Shown piece by piece: positions 46,280 through 62,389 of a DNA stretch of 64,000 nt. Under the pieces are notes generated by a model that saw nothing but the letters and a program-made list of their open reading frames with translations, was not told where the DNA came from and did no database searches. Made by a program: the position numbers and the translations under genes. This stretch comes from the human T2T-CHM13v2.0 reference genome, Homo sapiens: the NCBI RefSeq assembly GCF_009914755.1, contig NC_060940.1; one strand, given 5' to 3'. The stretch's first letter is position 1. Each line of letters opens with the position of its first letter.

Positions 46280-46439
46280 TTTCTTTCTTTCTTCTTCTTC
46301 TTTTTTTTTTTTTTGTATTTTAGTAGAGACGGGGTTTCACCATGTTGGCCAGGATGGTCTCGAACTCCTGACCTTATGATCCACCCACCTCGGCCTCCCA
46401 AAGTGCTGGGATTACAGGCGTGAGTCACTGCACCTGGCC
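46280..46439 (-). mobile_element. AluS left monomer only, with tail and TSD
   Basis: Perfect TSD AAATTCAGAATTTC at 46266-46279 and 46441-46454. Confidence 0.93.
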
Positions 46440-46817
46440 AAAATTCAGAATTTCATGTAACATTTTCAAGTCACTGAGTTACTAAACTTCATGTAAAAAC
46501 TTTTTACTATTTTTGAATTATCTCTAAATTGTATACTGTACCTTAACAAAATATCCTATTTTAATACAGGCAGAAATATAGCCCAAAAAATAAGAAATCA
46601 TATTAATTAATCCATTCATACAGCAAGTATTTGGGACATGCTTAATACATTTCATTCATCATGTCAGGCAATGATAAAGCAAAGTTGAGTGAAATCTGTC
46701 TTCACTCTTAAGTAGGAACTGTATCGATAATATATATATATAGTAGCATTTGTTATCATTACTATAGTCATCTTGATCAAACTGGACACTATGTCTACTA
46801 TTTCACTACTGTTCCCC

Positions 46818-47309
46818 AGGGGCAGGCACAATAGCAGCTCCCCAAAGATGTCTACATCCTAATCCCCAGAACCTGTGAATATTTGCAAAAGAGACTTTGG
46901 CAAATGTGATGAAGTAAAGGATTCTGAGATGGGATTATTATTCTGGATCATCTGGATGGGTACAATGTAGTCATTAACTCTTTGTAAGTGAAAGAGGAAG
47001 GCAAGTGAGTCAGTCCAGGAAGATGTGGCAACAGAAGTAGAGATTAGGGTGATATCATTCCTGACTTTCAAGATGGAAAGGGGTCATGAGCCGGGAAATA
47101 CAGGCCGTCTAAAAAAAAAAAAAAAAAAGAATTTGGATTCTTTCTTAGAACCTCCAGAAGAAACTCAGTCCTGCCAGTACCTTGATTTAAGACCAGTGAT
47201 ACCCATTTTAGACTTCTGCCATCTAGAGATTTAAAATAATAAATTTCTATTGTTTTAAGCCACTAAGTTCTGGTTAATTTATCACAGCAGCAATGGGAAA
47301 CTAATAACA
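46818..47309 (+). mobile_element. MLT1D/C MaLR LTR
   Basis: CCCCAAAGATGTCTACATCCTAATCCCCAGAACCTGTGAATAT...TGTTTTAAGCCACTAAGTT...GCAGCAATGGGAAACTAATA. Confidence 0.88.
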
Positions 47310-47661
47310 TCCTCCATTCACTGGGCCCCACCCTGAGAAAATCTTCACAAATAAAGAAGTTTGAGCCTCAGTTTCTTTATGTTCAAATGAAGACAAAGAA
47401 AGTTCAATTAAGTTTCACAAATCATATATTTAATGCATGACTGCACGAAACTAACATCTCATGATATCAATTCTACACCAGTTCTAAACTAGAAATTCCT
47501 CAGAGACAAGGTGATGATCCTATCAGTAAATGATTGCAATATAATGAGTTTGAACTAAAGCAGAGGTATGTGCAATATGGGGTGGTAGTGGGTGATGGTG
47601 GCTGAGTTAGCAACAGAAACACTCAATTCAGTAACAATGAGTGAGGCCCCTTTAAAAGTAG

Positions 47662-47982
<321 letters not shown>

Positions 47983-48014
47983 AAAAAAGTGTAAAACCAC
48001 TTAAAAGTAGGTTC

Positions 48015-48251
48015 TAAGACAGGAATTAAGCAGGACTGATTTGGAAGAAAAGGAGTCAGAAGACTCATCTGATAAGAGAGGATACAGTAAATAAATCAGC
48101 TTAAACTAGCCAGAACCAAGTGACAGCAAAAGCAGCCTTCACTTCTCATTGTACCCTCATTATAATGCATTTCCCTACTGAAAAACACACCCCCTTCACG
48201 ATGTGACAGTTTATGTTTGCCATAGCAACCACCAGAAGAAGCCATACGTGG

Positions 48252-48286
<35 letters not shown>

Positions 48287-48526
48287 GGTTCCTGGAAATC
48301 CTCACCTCTTTCCCCTGAAAGCCTATGAATAACTCTCCCCCTAATTACATATATTAAATGCAATCAATAAAACAGCTAACCCAAGACCCTCCCAGTACAT
48401 CTCCTCTCTGAGATTCCCCCACTGTGTCTGTAGAGCAGTATTTGCAATAAGCTTCACTTTTCACTTTGCACTTGTGATTTGCTCTTGAATTTTTTATTGA
48501 AATCAAGAACCTACATCTCCCACAAC
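48015..48526 (+). mobile_element. MER41-family (ERV1) solo LTR
   Basis: CTGATAAGAGAGGATACAGTAAA..., ATTATAATGCATT, TGACAGTTTA...GCCATAGCAAC, ATGAATAA and CTTGAATT...CAAGAACC are collinear with the recalled MER41 consensus. Confidence 0.7.
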
Positions 48527-48795
48527 TCCCTAGGGGATTGGAGGTTCTTGCCCAGCATCAGTTCTACTGTCATCCTATACAATAGATGAAGAAACAGGTT
48601 TATAGTAGATAGGAAGTTTGCCACAGACACACAACAAGAAAGTAGGCAGCCACAATTTTAGTTTACGTTTGTCAGACTCAATGTTTAACTGTTACAAAAA
48701 GCAGCCACCTATAGTTTCTGGTAAAGAAATAAAGCCAGGGGTTGGTTGTGCTGGTGATGAAGAATGTCTTTACAGGTAAAAAATAGCTTCATCTA

Positions 48796-49520
<725 letters not shown>

Positions 49521-51622
49521 GCCCAGAAGAGATTTTAAGATGTTGGTTAATATTTTCGATAAGTTGTGTAACAGTGTACAATATTTTGTGGAGAGAAAAG
49601 GCCCATCTGATTCACAAATTTGTCTATTACTCAAAGCCTCTTACAGAGATTTCAAGAGTATCTTCCTGGACTGGTTTAGCATGGCTCATATTCACTGTGG
49701 CTAGGCTAGAAAATTCCACCATCCACAGTGCACCTGGGAGCATCAGCCTGGTTTACCTAAAAGGCAGCAACATCATCCTTGATTTATTCAGCTCAGGTTA
49801 GGTTTCATCTTCTGAACAATTTTGACCATTATTTTGTTTTGTTTCATTTTTGCCACTGACAGAGTAATGACTAATTAGATAGTAACCTGGGCTATTCAAT
49901 ATTCTGTTGTGTTTTGTTTTGTTTTCCTTAGGGAAAATTAAAAGGATACATCCCTATAAATAAGACCTACATTTGATCAACTTTAGGGGACTTCTATAGT
50001 GGCAAAGTAAAACAACGACTTTGAATAAAAAAGGGAGTTTACCTCATTGGATATTTTTCTAAAGGGATATACTCAAGTTTAAACTTATTATATTATAGCC
50101 CACCTCCGATTTCAACATTGAAATACAAGATGTTTAATAGCCTCACTCTCTCTTTCCTTACCCCATCGCATCACCAGTTTCATTAAGATCGTCAGTTGCA
50201 GTTACCCCATACCTCAAAAACACTAGAGGGTAGAACTGAAAGACAGTATTTTTATCACTTTGGAAAATGCTATTATACACTTGTACACATTTTAATTTGA
50301 AGGGGTTGGCCTTTGGAATTGGAAAGATTTTGCCAGATGTCCAGCCACATAACAAGAGAGGCATTAGTATTCCTATTTTTTAGATGAAGAGTCAGAGGAC
50401 CATCTAAAGTCTCACAGTTAAAGAGTGGAGCCAGGACTCAAACCTAGATGTTTCTTATTTCAGAGTCCATGAATAACTTAAAATTAACTAATTGTTTTTA
50501 CTTTGTATTGAGGAATAAAGAAAAGTTTTTTTTTTTGCGGTATGTTAGCATATCCTGGGTTTCTGCTTATCTGCATATTTGAGTGGTTCTGTAAGAGGAC
50601 GTTTGCAGGTTTATTATTCAAAACATGCTTTAAGATTCTTCAATGAAGAGGCTAAACAAGTTTAATTACAGTCTCTGTATGAGATTCCAGAAGGAATAGT
50701 CAAGAGATTGTACATGCTATATACTTTAGTGGGGTCTGGAGAGGATGATTACAGAATATAGCATTCTATATTCTGTATCAATTAACACAAAAGACCAAAT
50801 CAGACCAACTATTCCAACTTCAGAATTGAAGTCCACATATTTCAGCGAATAAAAATTTAGCAATTGTTTTCTATTAAAATTTCATGTTTTCAACATTACT
50901 TAATCCTAACGGTTATATGAAACCATCATCTCATATTAAGTAAACTAATTTCTATTCTTTCTGGGAAGAAAAATAATAAAACCTCAGCCGCATTAATGCT
51001 AACGGCTTATCAAGAATATTTAGAATAAACACAAAATTGTTATGATATTATTTTTGTAATTTCATGGCAATATAATAAGGATTAGTATATGAACACTAGA
51101 CTATAATAGAGAAATTAAAATCAATCTCATATTTGCACCAGATAAACCTTTGAAAATAGGTTAAAATGCTCTCTTAAATATCATAATAATTGGAATGTAT
51201 GAATATTTTTTCTCCTTGAAGTAAGTCCCACTTATCAGCCTATTACAGAAGGTAACAATTATGTTTTAGGTATAGGAAGATTGAAGACACCAAAGTCAAG
51301 AAATGAAAAAAAGAGCTCATAGTCTTTATATTATAATTTTTTTTAAGTCATCACCTGCAGCCCTCTGGGAAGACCTGCTACCCACCAGGAAGAACATGAA
51401 GAAAAAGAGGCTCAGTTTCTCCCAATGTTTGCTGTGTCTTGCCTGAACTCTTAACTCCGCTTAAAGAAGTACCTTAGATCCTGCGTTTTTGGTCATCAGA
51501 TATACTAATTCTAAATATTCTTCTTGGTGTTTCTAATACTTGTAAAATATGATTTACTCTGCTTTAGCTCTGGGGTAGCCATATTTCTTAGATAGGAATT
51601 CATGTGCTAATGTCAACCCAAT

Positions 51623-51982
51623 TGATATGGTTTGGCTCTGTGTCCCCACCCAAATCTCATCTCAAATTGTAATCCCCATGTGTCGAAGGAAGGAGGTGAT
51701 TGGATCATGGGGTCAGTTTTCCCCATGCTATTCTCATGATAGTGAGTGAGTTCTCGTGAGATCTGATGATTTTATAAGGTAGTTGTTCCTGGTCTTGCTC
51801 GCTTTTTTTTCTTGCTGCCTTGTGATGAAGTTGCTTGCTTCCCCTTCACCTTCTGCCATGATTGTAAGTTTCTTGATGCCTCCCTAGCCATGTGGAATTC
51901 TGAGTCAATTAAATCTTTTTCCTTTATAAATTATCCAATCTCAGGGAAGCTCTTTATCGCAGTGTGAAAACTAACTAATACA
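51623..51982 (+). mobile_element. THE1D/MSTA-like MaLR solo LTR
   Basis: TGATATGGTTTGGCTCTGTGTCCCCACCC...ACTAATACA; perfect 5-bp TSD CCAAT at 51618-51622 and 51983-51987. Confidence 0.95.
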
Positions 51983-52004
51983 CCAATTCATACGTCATCT
52001 TCAG

Positions 52005-52116
52005 TAGGGTGACCAACAGTCCTGGTTTTCCTGAGACAGTTTGGATATTAGCACTTGAAGTCTCATGTCCAAGGAAATCCTTTATACCCAGGCAAACCAG
52101 AATGATTGGTGACTGA
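52005..52116. mobile_element. MER81-like hAT-Blackjack MITE
   Basis: TAGGGTGACCAACAGTCCTGGTTT...GGCAAACCAGAATGATTGGTGAC terminal inverted repeats. Confidence 0.75.
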
Positions 52117-52520
52117 GCACTTTTCGATATCCTATATCTACTGGATAAGAGAGGATGCGGGAAGTTCTGAACATTATCTCCCAAATGAAAATTTATTTTA
52201 AAAAAATATTCTATTAGTAATAGTACTATATATTATGGTATTTATGTACATACATTAGTTGCTTGATAATTTTAGTCTTATGATTTGATGATAAAATAAA
52301 TGATTATCATAAATTGTATTTTAATTTTTTAATTTTTAATTTTAACAATTGTTTCCATTTGAAAAACAAGAAAACATGGGTCTCAGAAATTAAACTAAAA
52401 TATCATACAAACAAAGATTGGTTCTCCAACTCTCATGTAGGAGAGGAGATTTGCCAAGTAATTTGAACATCCAAGGGATGTTTGGACCCTGTTCTTATAA
52501 TAAGGACCAGTAACTTTATT

Positions 52521-52521
<1 letters not shown>

Positions 52522-52578
<57 letters not shown>
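52522..52578. repeat. Perfect (TATC)14 tetranucleotide STR
   Basis: Direct reading. Confidence 0.98.
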
Positions 52579-53446
52579 GAGAAAGAGAGCCTGGAGAATG
52601 TGAATGTCTAATGGTCAAGGGTGGAGATGAAAAACTCCAAATCATTGCTCTGAATTTTTACTACGTTCTTTGTTTAGTAAGCAGTTTATTATTTCTCCTA
52701 GGAAACCATTTTATTTAATCTTTTGGAAGCAGTAGCCTACCTTTATTTGTTGCAAAAGAAACACATAGCTGTACATCTGGTATCTAGAAACAAAACTTGT
52801 TACTTGTGAAGAACCTCAAAACATCCATTCATTTGAAGTTACATCGATGGACCACTCTTTCCAATCTTAAGATACATTCAAGGCCAGGAGAGCAGAAAAT
52901 CCTGAACTGTAGTGTTTCATGAAATAGAATTGGCATTCAAAAGGACATTTGAAATTCTAAAGAATTCTTTCATTAAGCGAAAAGCAGATTGGTATTTGAA
53001 AATATCTGAAAATATAATAATGATTAAATTACTTTAGTAAATGTAATGAGAAAACCTTGAGACTTTATTACCATATATTGGATTCTGCCAAGCCTTTTTC
53101 TTCCCTAGAGTGCATAAATAAAAATAAAAACGAAATAAATTATGGGGAGGAAACCTCAGAAATTTTAGTGAAGTTAAATTGGCTTTGATTTTAGAAAAAC
53201 GTAGGCTTGCCAGGCAAAATAAAGCAACAATCTCAGGTATTTATTCATTTTAGTATCCTCTTTCTCAGATATACCTTACTTATAAAACATAATTTTAGTT
53301 ACATAGTTATAAAGAGTAATTCTAACAAAATTCCTATGTTCCATATGTGCTCAATTGTAAATATGTTACAAACATTATTATTTAGTACATATGGTGTTAA
53401 ATATAAAACAGTGGCACATGTAATGCATGCATGAGTAGTAAATTTT

Positions 53447-55430
<1,984 letters not shown>

Positions 55431-56065
55431 TAAATTTTATGTTAACTTTAAGTGAAAATACTTTTCATAATTTTAGAACCAGAAAAAAGGCTACAGGAGG
55501 TATCTGTTCAGATGGGTAAAAGCATGAAGAATTATGTAAATGTGCAGTTTCCAAACCTTTGCAATTGAAAACAAATATAAACACATTTATGTATATGCTT
55601 ATGTACACATGCATGTATATATGTGTACATGCATATACGTATATGTTAGCTATAAAACTCTTGAAAAATCTCTTATGTAAAGAAGAAAATTATAAACATT
55701 TCTGATCTTAGGTATAGGTAAGCTTTTTAGATATTTGGATTATTTGGAATAACAGCCTTGACCCTTGTATGCAGTCATTTGTATACTTTTGAGAAAATTG
55801 GGATTATCTTAAACTCACAACTTAAAAATATCTTTTGTTAAATAGCAAAACATTAATATTCCCCATGTCATTATTCTTTATGTAGTACATTTATTGTTTT
55901 ATTACAACTGATGATAAATTATAAATAATTATATGAGGAACATCTCATTGAGTACATTTTTAGACACTTCCATACTCCATAATTAGGTCATTAGAAGAAG
56001 TTTTGGTAATTAGCATTGATGCAAAAGTCATGCTTCTTTTACTCCTTTTATAAATCTATGGTTTT

Positions 56066-56248
56066 TAAGCTTTACTGTACATCAGAATCAACTGGTAGTT
56101 TTGTAAAAACACATGTTGCTGGGCCTCATCCACAGAGTTTCTGATACAGTACATCTGAAGTAGGATATGAGGATATTCATTTCTAACACACCAATGCTGC
56201 TGAGCCAAACCACTTCTCAAAGTGCTGAGCCACTTTGAGAACCACTGT
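56066..56248. mobile_element. MER5A-like hAT-Charlie
   Basis: CATCAGAATCAACTGG...TTGCTGGGCCTCATCCACAGAGTTTCTGA...CACTTTGAGAACCACTG. Confidence 0.8.
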
Positions 56249-58434
56249 GACATATATAGCCAAATGCTAAAAGCCAAATCATTTAAAAGAGTAGTCATTG
56301 TAATGTTAGCACTTGTTGATTGAGAAAATATGTGCACACATATGATTCATGGATCCATTGCAATGACACTGAGGTCCCTTGAGGCAGGTATAGGGTTCCT
56401 GTATCACAGGTCATTGATTTTCTTCAAGTTGATTTCAAAACAAAACAAGTCTTCATTTTTCAGACTTTGATATTTTGCTATTGCCTTTTGAACACCAAGT
56501 TTGTTTGCTGATGAATAAATATTTTGAGTTAGCTTATGGTGGTGCTGTGAGGCACAGTTAATTTTCAGCGTTGTTACCAATTGTGATTACTAGAGAAGTA
56601 TATTTTGTATATAAAACAGAATTTGTACAAGCATGCATATATTTCATTGCATTAGGCTTTGAATAGAGAATGAGAAAACAGTGCAAGTACAAGAATAAGA
56701 AGTATAAGTATATGAAAAAAGAACTATACTGAGTCAAAAGTGGAAATAGGAATGTCGAAAGTGAATATGAATATATACCCTCTACTGGGTGTGCATTGGG
56801 CTGAAGTGATTGGCTCTGTGCAATTATGAAACAACAAAATAAGGCACATGTGCATGTTGCAAATATAACATCAAATGGTGTCAGAGATTTGGCTTTTGTT
56901 TTCATGTGTAAAGGTCTCTAAGAAGAAAACCCTAGAAGAGAGGAAATAATAGGTTTCATGAGCCAAATACCAGCCCAAATAATAAACAAGTTATTTATTA
57001 TTAATGGTTGGGCCAGATCTCTTACATATTCCACCATCATTTTCCATAGTTCTCTTCTTCGAGTGAGACCTTCTCTGATGAAATGGAGACTCTAGTCTGG
57101 AAGGGTAACAGGCCTTCTAACTCCCTATTTCTTCAATTTGCAGATGCCTGCACAGGCCCCATCTGATATATCAATCTAATCATTGTGAATAAACCGGAAA
57201 CTTGAGAGTGATGGCTGGGCTTGTTAAGACAGGACCAGTCATGTTAATTCACCAGTTCTTTGCCAGAAGCTTACAAATCTTTTGCTGTGCAAGTGTTCAA
57301 GAAGGGGAAGAATGAGCAAAACTTTGTCATCTCCCGTTTTATAATGCAGTAATGTTTCTCATTAGCTGTTTCAATCAGTTATAATTAGCCAATCTAATTA
57401 GTAATTCCTCATACCTAGGTGATGGACTGAGACCAGGGGAGTGCAGAGAGCCAAAAAATTAGACTGAATTATCTCATGTCTCTTTGGCCTTGGGAGAAAT
57501 ATTAGAATAGCGGAAATCACCACTGTCCAGTCTCCCCACCCAATGCCCCACACAAACACAAGCCCACAATTATGTCTAAAGAGGAAGGTGCAATCAGGTG
57601 CTTTATAAAATTTTAACTCTCTCGTAGTAAAGTCTATTCAGCACTTTCATAAAAAACAAAATTAAGAATGCCTGATATTCTACGTCTGTACAAATGTGCT
57701 CCTAGAAATGAAAAAATGTCAAGAGCTTTTTGAGTCAAAGTTGGGAGGAAGTAGGGGTCAAACTAGCAAAAGGAGAATATTTTGATACATCCTACACACA
57801 AATTGTACCCCAACCCTGGCTATCTAACTGGATAATCAGATCAAGAACAGAGCATGTGCATGCTTCAGGCACTGATATGCTAGGACAGTGCCTTACACAA
57901 AGAAAATATTTTTAGGTTGGCCTGAAAAGTTGTATGAAAATCCGATCTGATTTACAAACTAGGGGACGGGGCCAACATAGTTAATAGAAAAAGGTAGTTG
58001 GTTAGCTTAATACAAATTGTTCTAGGCTTAAATATGACAACATGCTAATATCATCTCAGTACCTGGCCATAATACATTTTTAATCTCTTTTGAAAACATT
58101 TGCCAAGAGAGTATGTGCAGTGTCCTTTGTGTGCTTGAGAATCAAGAAAATAAGTGGACTGTGAGTAATAATTATGCCTCCCCCTCTCATCATGTATTGA
58201 TTTAACATTTACTCAGCCTATAGCAGTATTCTCAAAGTGTGGGTCATGTACTGCCCAATGATTTTAGGTATTAAGTGAGAAGAATTTAGGTGGCACATAG
58301 ATATAGCATTATAGACTTTGACTCACCTAAGAGAAAACATATTCTAGAAATAATCAATAGACATTAAAGAGACTAAAAGGGCATGTCATATTTCATAGCT
58401 GCTGTGACTTTCACATCAAATTAATACTTGCTAC

Positions 58435-58490
58435 TCTTTCTCTGTCTCTCTCTCTGTGTGTATATATATATATATATATATACACACACA
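58435..58490. repeat. Compound (TC)/(TG)/(TA)/(CA) microsatellite
   Basis: Direct reading. Confidence 0.9.
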
Positions 58491-58809
58491 GAAAGATATA
58501 AATATATATATCTCAACTAAGTTGTCTGACTACGTGTTCAGAGCCTTAGACAGGCAACAGAAACAGAAAGTCAAAATAGTACTTTTGTTCACAATGTATT
58601 TATTTTTATGATTATCTTCCTTTTATATTACTACTGCAAAAATAAAAGTGAATAGAGTGTCTATTGGCCTTAACATTTCCTTTTGAAACACATTTTTATA
58701 AGTGAAAATTGATTTTGATTACAGAAAAAGAAATAAATAATGAACAGTGCAAGTAGTTTAAAGAAACCACAAAAAAAGAGTAATGTATAAAAATTAACTT
58801 TGGGAAATT

Positions 58810-59720
58810 TTGTCCTATATATATTCAAATTATCTCTTAGAATAGCTAACAGGCATCTCAAAATTAAAACAGCCAAAGCAGGATTGATTCCTCATCCTTT
58901 CTACCCCACCTGTCAAGTTTTCTCAGTTCTTTCCCTTCTTAATCTTCTGAATTGCCATTCATGCTGCTCAAACTAAAAATCTAAAGTTAATCTTGAGTCT
59001 ATTCTTATCTTCATCTCCACAACGAATGTTCCAGAAAGTCCTATTTAATCTACCTCCAAAGCAATCTGAAACCATCCACTTAGTTCCAGCACCACAACTG
59101 ACACCTGGATCTACCTCCTAATCACCTGGTGTGGCCTGACTCCCAGTTTCCACTGTTACCTGCCAGCCTGCACAATGCATGTCCTATACAGCATCGGTGA
59201 TAGCTGAGAATATAATTCAGACCCCCACTTTTCTCCGTTGACTTCTTAGTACCCAAAGAATAAAATGCAAACCATTCATGGCCTCTGAAGCCCTATTTAA
59301 TCTTTCCCTACCTCTCAGACTTCATCTCTGTCCTTCCCACCAGCTTTCCCTCATCCACCATGGTTTTACCTCCTTAACATCAAGCAGTCCAAGCTTGTTT
59401 CTATCATTGAGTCTTTGCAGCTGTCTGTATTTCCTTCCTCGCAAAGTTTTATTCACTTATTTCTTCTTATCATTCAGATTTCACTTAGATTTTGCCTCTA
59501 CAAAGAGGCTTTCCCTGGCCATAACATCGAAACTATTTGACAAATAATTTGCTTTTAAATTGTCCTACTTAATGGTCTGTATAACACAAATATTTTTTTC
59601 TTGGGCATTTATTTGTTTGTTATCTATTTCTTCTACTAACACAAGAACTCCAAGGAAACAGTACCCTAATCTGTCTTGTTTGCTGTGGAACAGAACCTGA
59701 CACATAATAATAAGAAACAC
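58810..59720 (+). mobile_element. L2a-like fragment
   Basis: CTAACAGGCATCTCAAAATTAA...CTACCTCCAAA...TGTCTTGTTTGCTG...CCTGACACATAATAA. Confidence 0.75.
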
Positions 59721-59838
59721 TCAGTCATGATTAGTTTTTATTATTACCATGCTGTTATTGTCATTGGGTTTTTTATTTGACCCCCTAGAATGGCCTATCT
59801 TCTAAAACACATTAGTGAATAAATGTGTTTTGGGGAAA

Positions 59839-60433
59839 TGTATTTGTTCTCTACGTTCCTGTAACAAATCAGCATAAACTTAGTGGCTTGAAAAAACATA
59901 GATATAGTATCTCACACTTCTTCAGGTGAAAGGTCTGTTGGGTTAGGCTGATTTCTTAGCTCACAGTCTCACAAGACTGAAATCAAGGTATTGGCCAGCT
60001 TACTCTTTAACTGGGGGATCTCAGGAAGAATTTGCTTCAATGCTTATTCAAGCTCTTTGCAGAATTCAGCTCCATATGACTATAGGACTGAGGTCCCTAT
60101 TTACTTGATTGGCCTGGGATTGTTAGACCATAGATGCTAGCTGTGTTCCCTGGCTCAAAGCTAACATAACTGGCCTTCTCATCTTCACATCTATCTGCCT
60201 TAATTCTCCTCTGTCTTCCTCTTCTTTTTATTTAGGACTGACTCCAGCTAGAGAAATGTATCTGTCTGTATGGGCTCAAATAATTACATTGGGCCCACCA
60301 GGGGAATCTCCCTATATTTAAAGTCCATAATTTAATTCCAACTGCAAAATCCCCTTCACTATGTAAAATAACATATTCATAGGTGTAATGGTAGGGAGTG
60401 AAGTTCATGAGTACCAAAATTCTACCTACTGCA
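59839..60433 (-). mobile_element. MLT1E-like MaLR LTR
   Basis: TGTAACAAATCAGCATAAACTTAGTGGCTT...CTGAAATCAAGGTATTGGCCAG...AAATTCTACCTACTGCA. Confidence 0.8.
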
Positions 60434-61773
60434 GGAAGTTTCCATTTGAGAGGTCCATCGATCCAAACTTTATTGATAAATCCAGCTCCTGGCATTGTCA
60501 GGTAGGGACTGGACCACTTGCCTCACGGCCACAAGATGACTGATGCAACTTTAATCATCATGTCCACTTTTAAAGGCAGGAAGATATGTGGGTTGAGGAA
60601 GCTATAGAAAAAAAAAAGCGTTTTCCTGAAGTGGATCTCTTTTCATCCCTCTATCCCATAAGACTTTTCTGTATGTTTTACAGATGAAACTGGTACACGA
60701 ATATTCACAGTTGTAAAAGAGGTCAAATAAGGAAATAAATGGCATTTTCCAGTTTCTATTGTAAAAGACTAGCAAGAGAGAAGGAAATTGGTGATAGCTA
60801 TTGTTCTATTTCTCTGTTTATCACAAATATACTAAGGAAGAGAAATATAAAACAGTTCTGGTTATATTTATTAAGAAAAAAAGTCAGCCAACATTTGCCA
60901 AGTTTCCCTTTCCAAGCAGAATTTATTTATTGATGGGATTCTGGGTTGTGTTACTTGCTGCTTTAATATTTCCATCTATTAAGAAGGAGAGCAATTTTTT
61001 CCATGCTCTTACAGATGAGACAAGTCCCTTGGAAACTGAGAAGTCATGGGATGATTGACTTCTGGACTGCATTCTTATTTTATTGAGATGTTAGCATGCC
61101 ACTCATTGGGAAAGAGACTGCTAAATGACATTCACATTTACCAGACAGACTGTCAAGGAATATTCAGTGTCATTCCCTCTCCAGAATATAAAGAGTTTCA
61201 GGTTTGACGTTTCAAAAGAATTTGGCTCACACCATGTAAGCTCCCTGTGTGTTTTCCTGCTTGGAGTAAGCACGGTGCATCTTTAATTTCTCCTCTGAAA
61301 AATCTACACATTGCCAAAAAAGTCATTTTCAGTTTGCTCCGTTTAACTGCGTCTCTTCACCATTATTGGAATTTTTTTTTCCTGACATTACATGTTTGAC
61401 CTGCTGGAACACAGTGAATAGGAAAAATCCAGTTAGAAGTCATATATGCAGGCTTAAGGCAAGGGATTTTATTTATAGACTTCAGCATTCTCAAATCCCT
61501 TAGAATTTGTAAAACATGAAGACGATGATCACATCTTTTCTGTTAGAAAAAAAGGAGCCTTCAAAATACTCTAAATTCTGAGGCTATATTTAAAAGTGAT
61601 ATTAATTTCTAAGACAGAGATTAAATTTGAATCTATTACTAAGAAACAAAAACAACCTATATTCTATTTCTCACTTTATACTATTTTTTCTCACTTATTT
61701 TATTTAATTCTTGCAATAACACCATGGTCTAAAAACATGATTGCTATACCTATGTTGTAGATTAGGGGTCTAC

Positions 61774-62163
61774 GGTACTTAGTCTGCTTAAGGTCCATAA
61801 AAAATATCATAACTGGGTGGCTTAAACAACATAAATTTATTTTCTCCTAGTTCTGGAAGCTGGAAGTCTGAGATCTGGGTGCCAGCACAGTGAGTTTCTG
61901 GTGAAGACTCCTCCCTCTGGTTGCAGATGGCTGCCATCTTGCTGAGTGTTCACATGACCTCTTTATGTGAGCACTGAAAGAAGGCAAGTGAACTTTCTGG
62001 TGTCTCTTCTGACAAGGGCAGATAAGTCCATCATGCGGCCCCAACATTATGACCTTATCTAAGCCTAATAACTTCTCAAAAGCCTCATCTTCAAACACTA
62101 TCACATTGAAGATTAAGGCTTGGTTTATGAATTTTCAAGGGCACAAACATTCAATCTATAATA
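61774..62163 (-). mobile_element. MLT1A/A0 MaLR LTR (inserted in a MIR)
   Basis: CTGGGTGGCTTAAACAACATAAATTTATTTTCTC...GGAAGTCTGAGATC...CACAAACATTCAATCTATAA. Confidence 0.88.
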
Positions 62164-62389
62164 GGAACAGACCAGCCAAGTATCTTGATTACGATCACAC
62201 AGCTAATAAGAATGCAGCCAGCATTCAAACCCACAGAGTCAGACTCCAAAATCCTTATTCTTAGTAATGGATAATGTAGCCTCTTTGATGTTCTATAACC
62301 ATGAGCCTTAGTAAGTGAAATAAGAAGACATGGATATAATGGATCAATGTTTGTATGGAATTATGAACTCAGAATTATCTTCATTCAAC

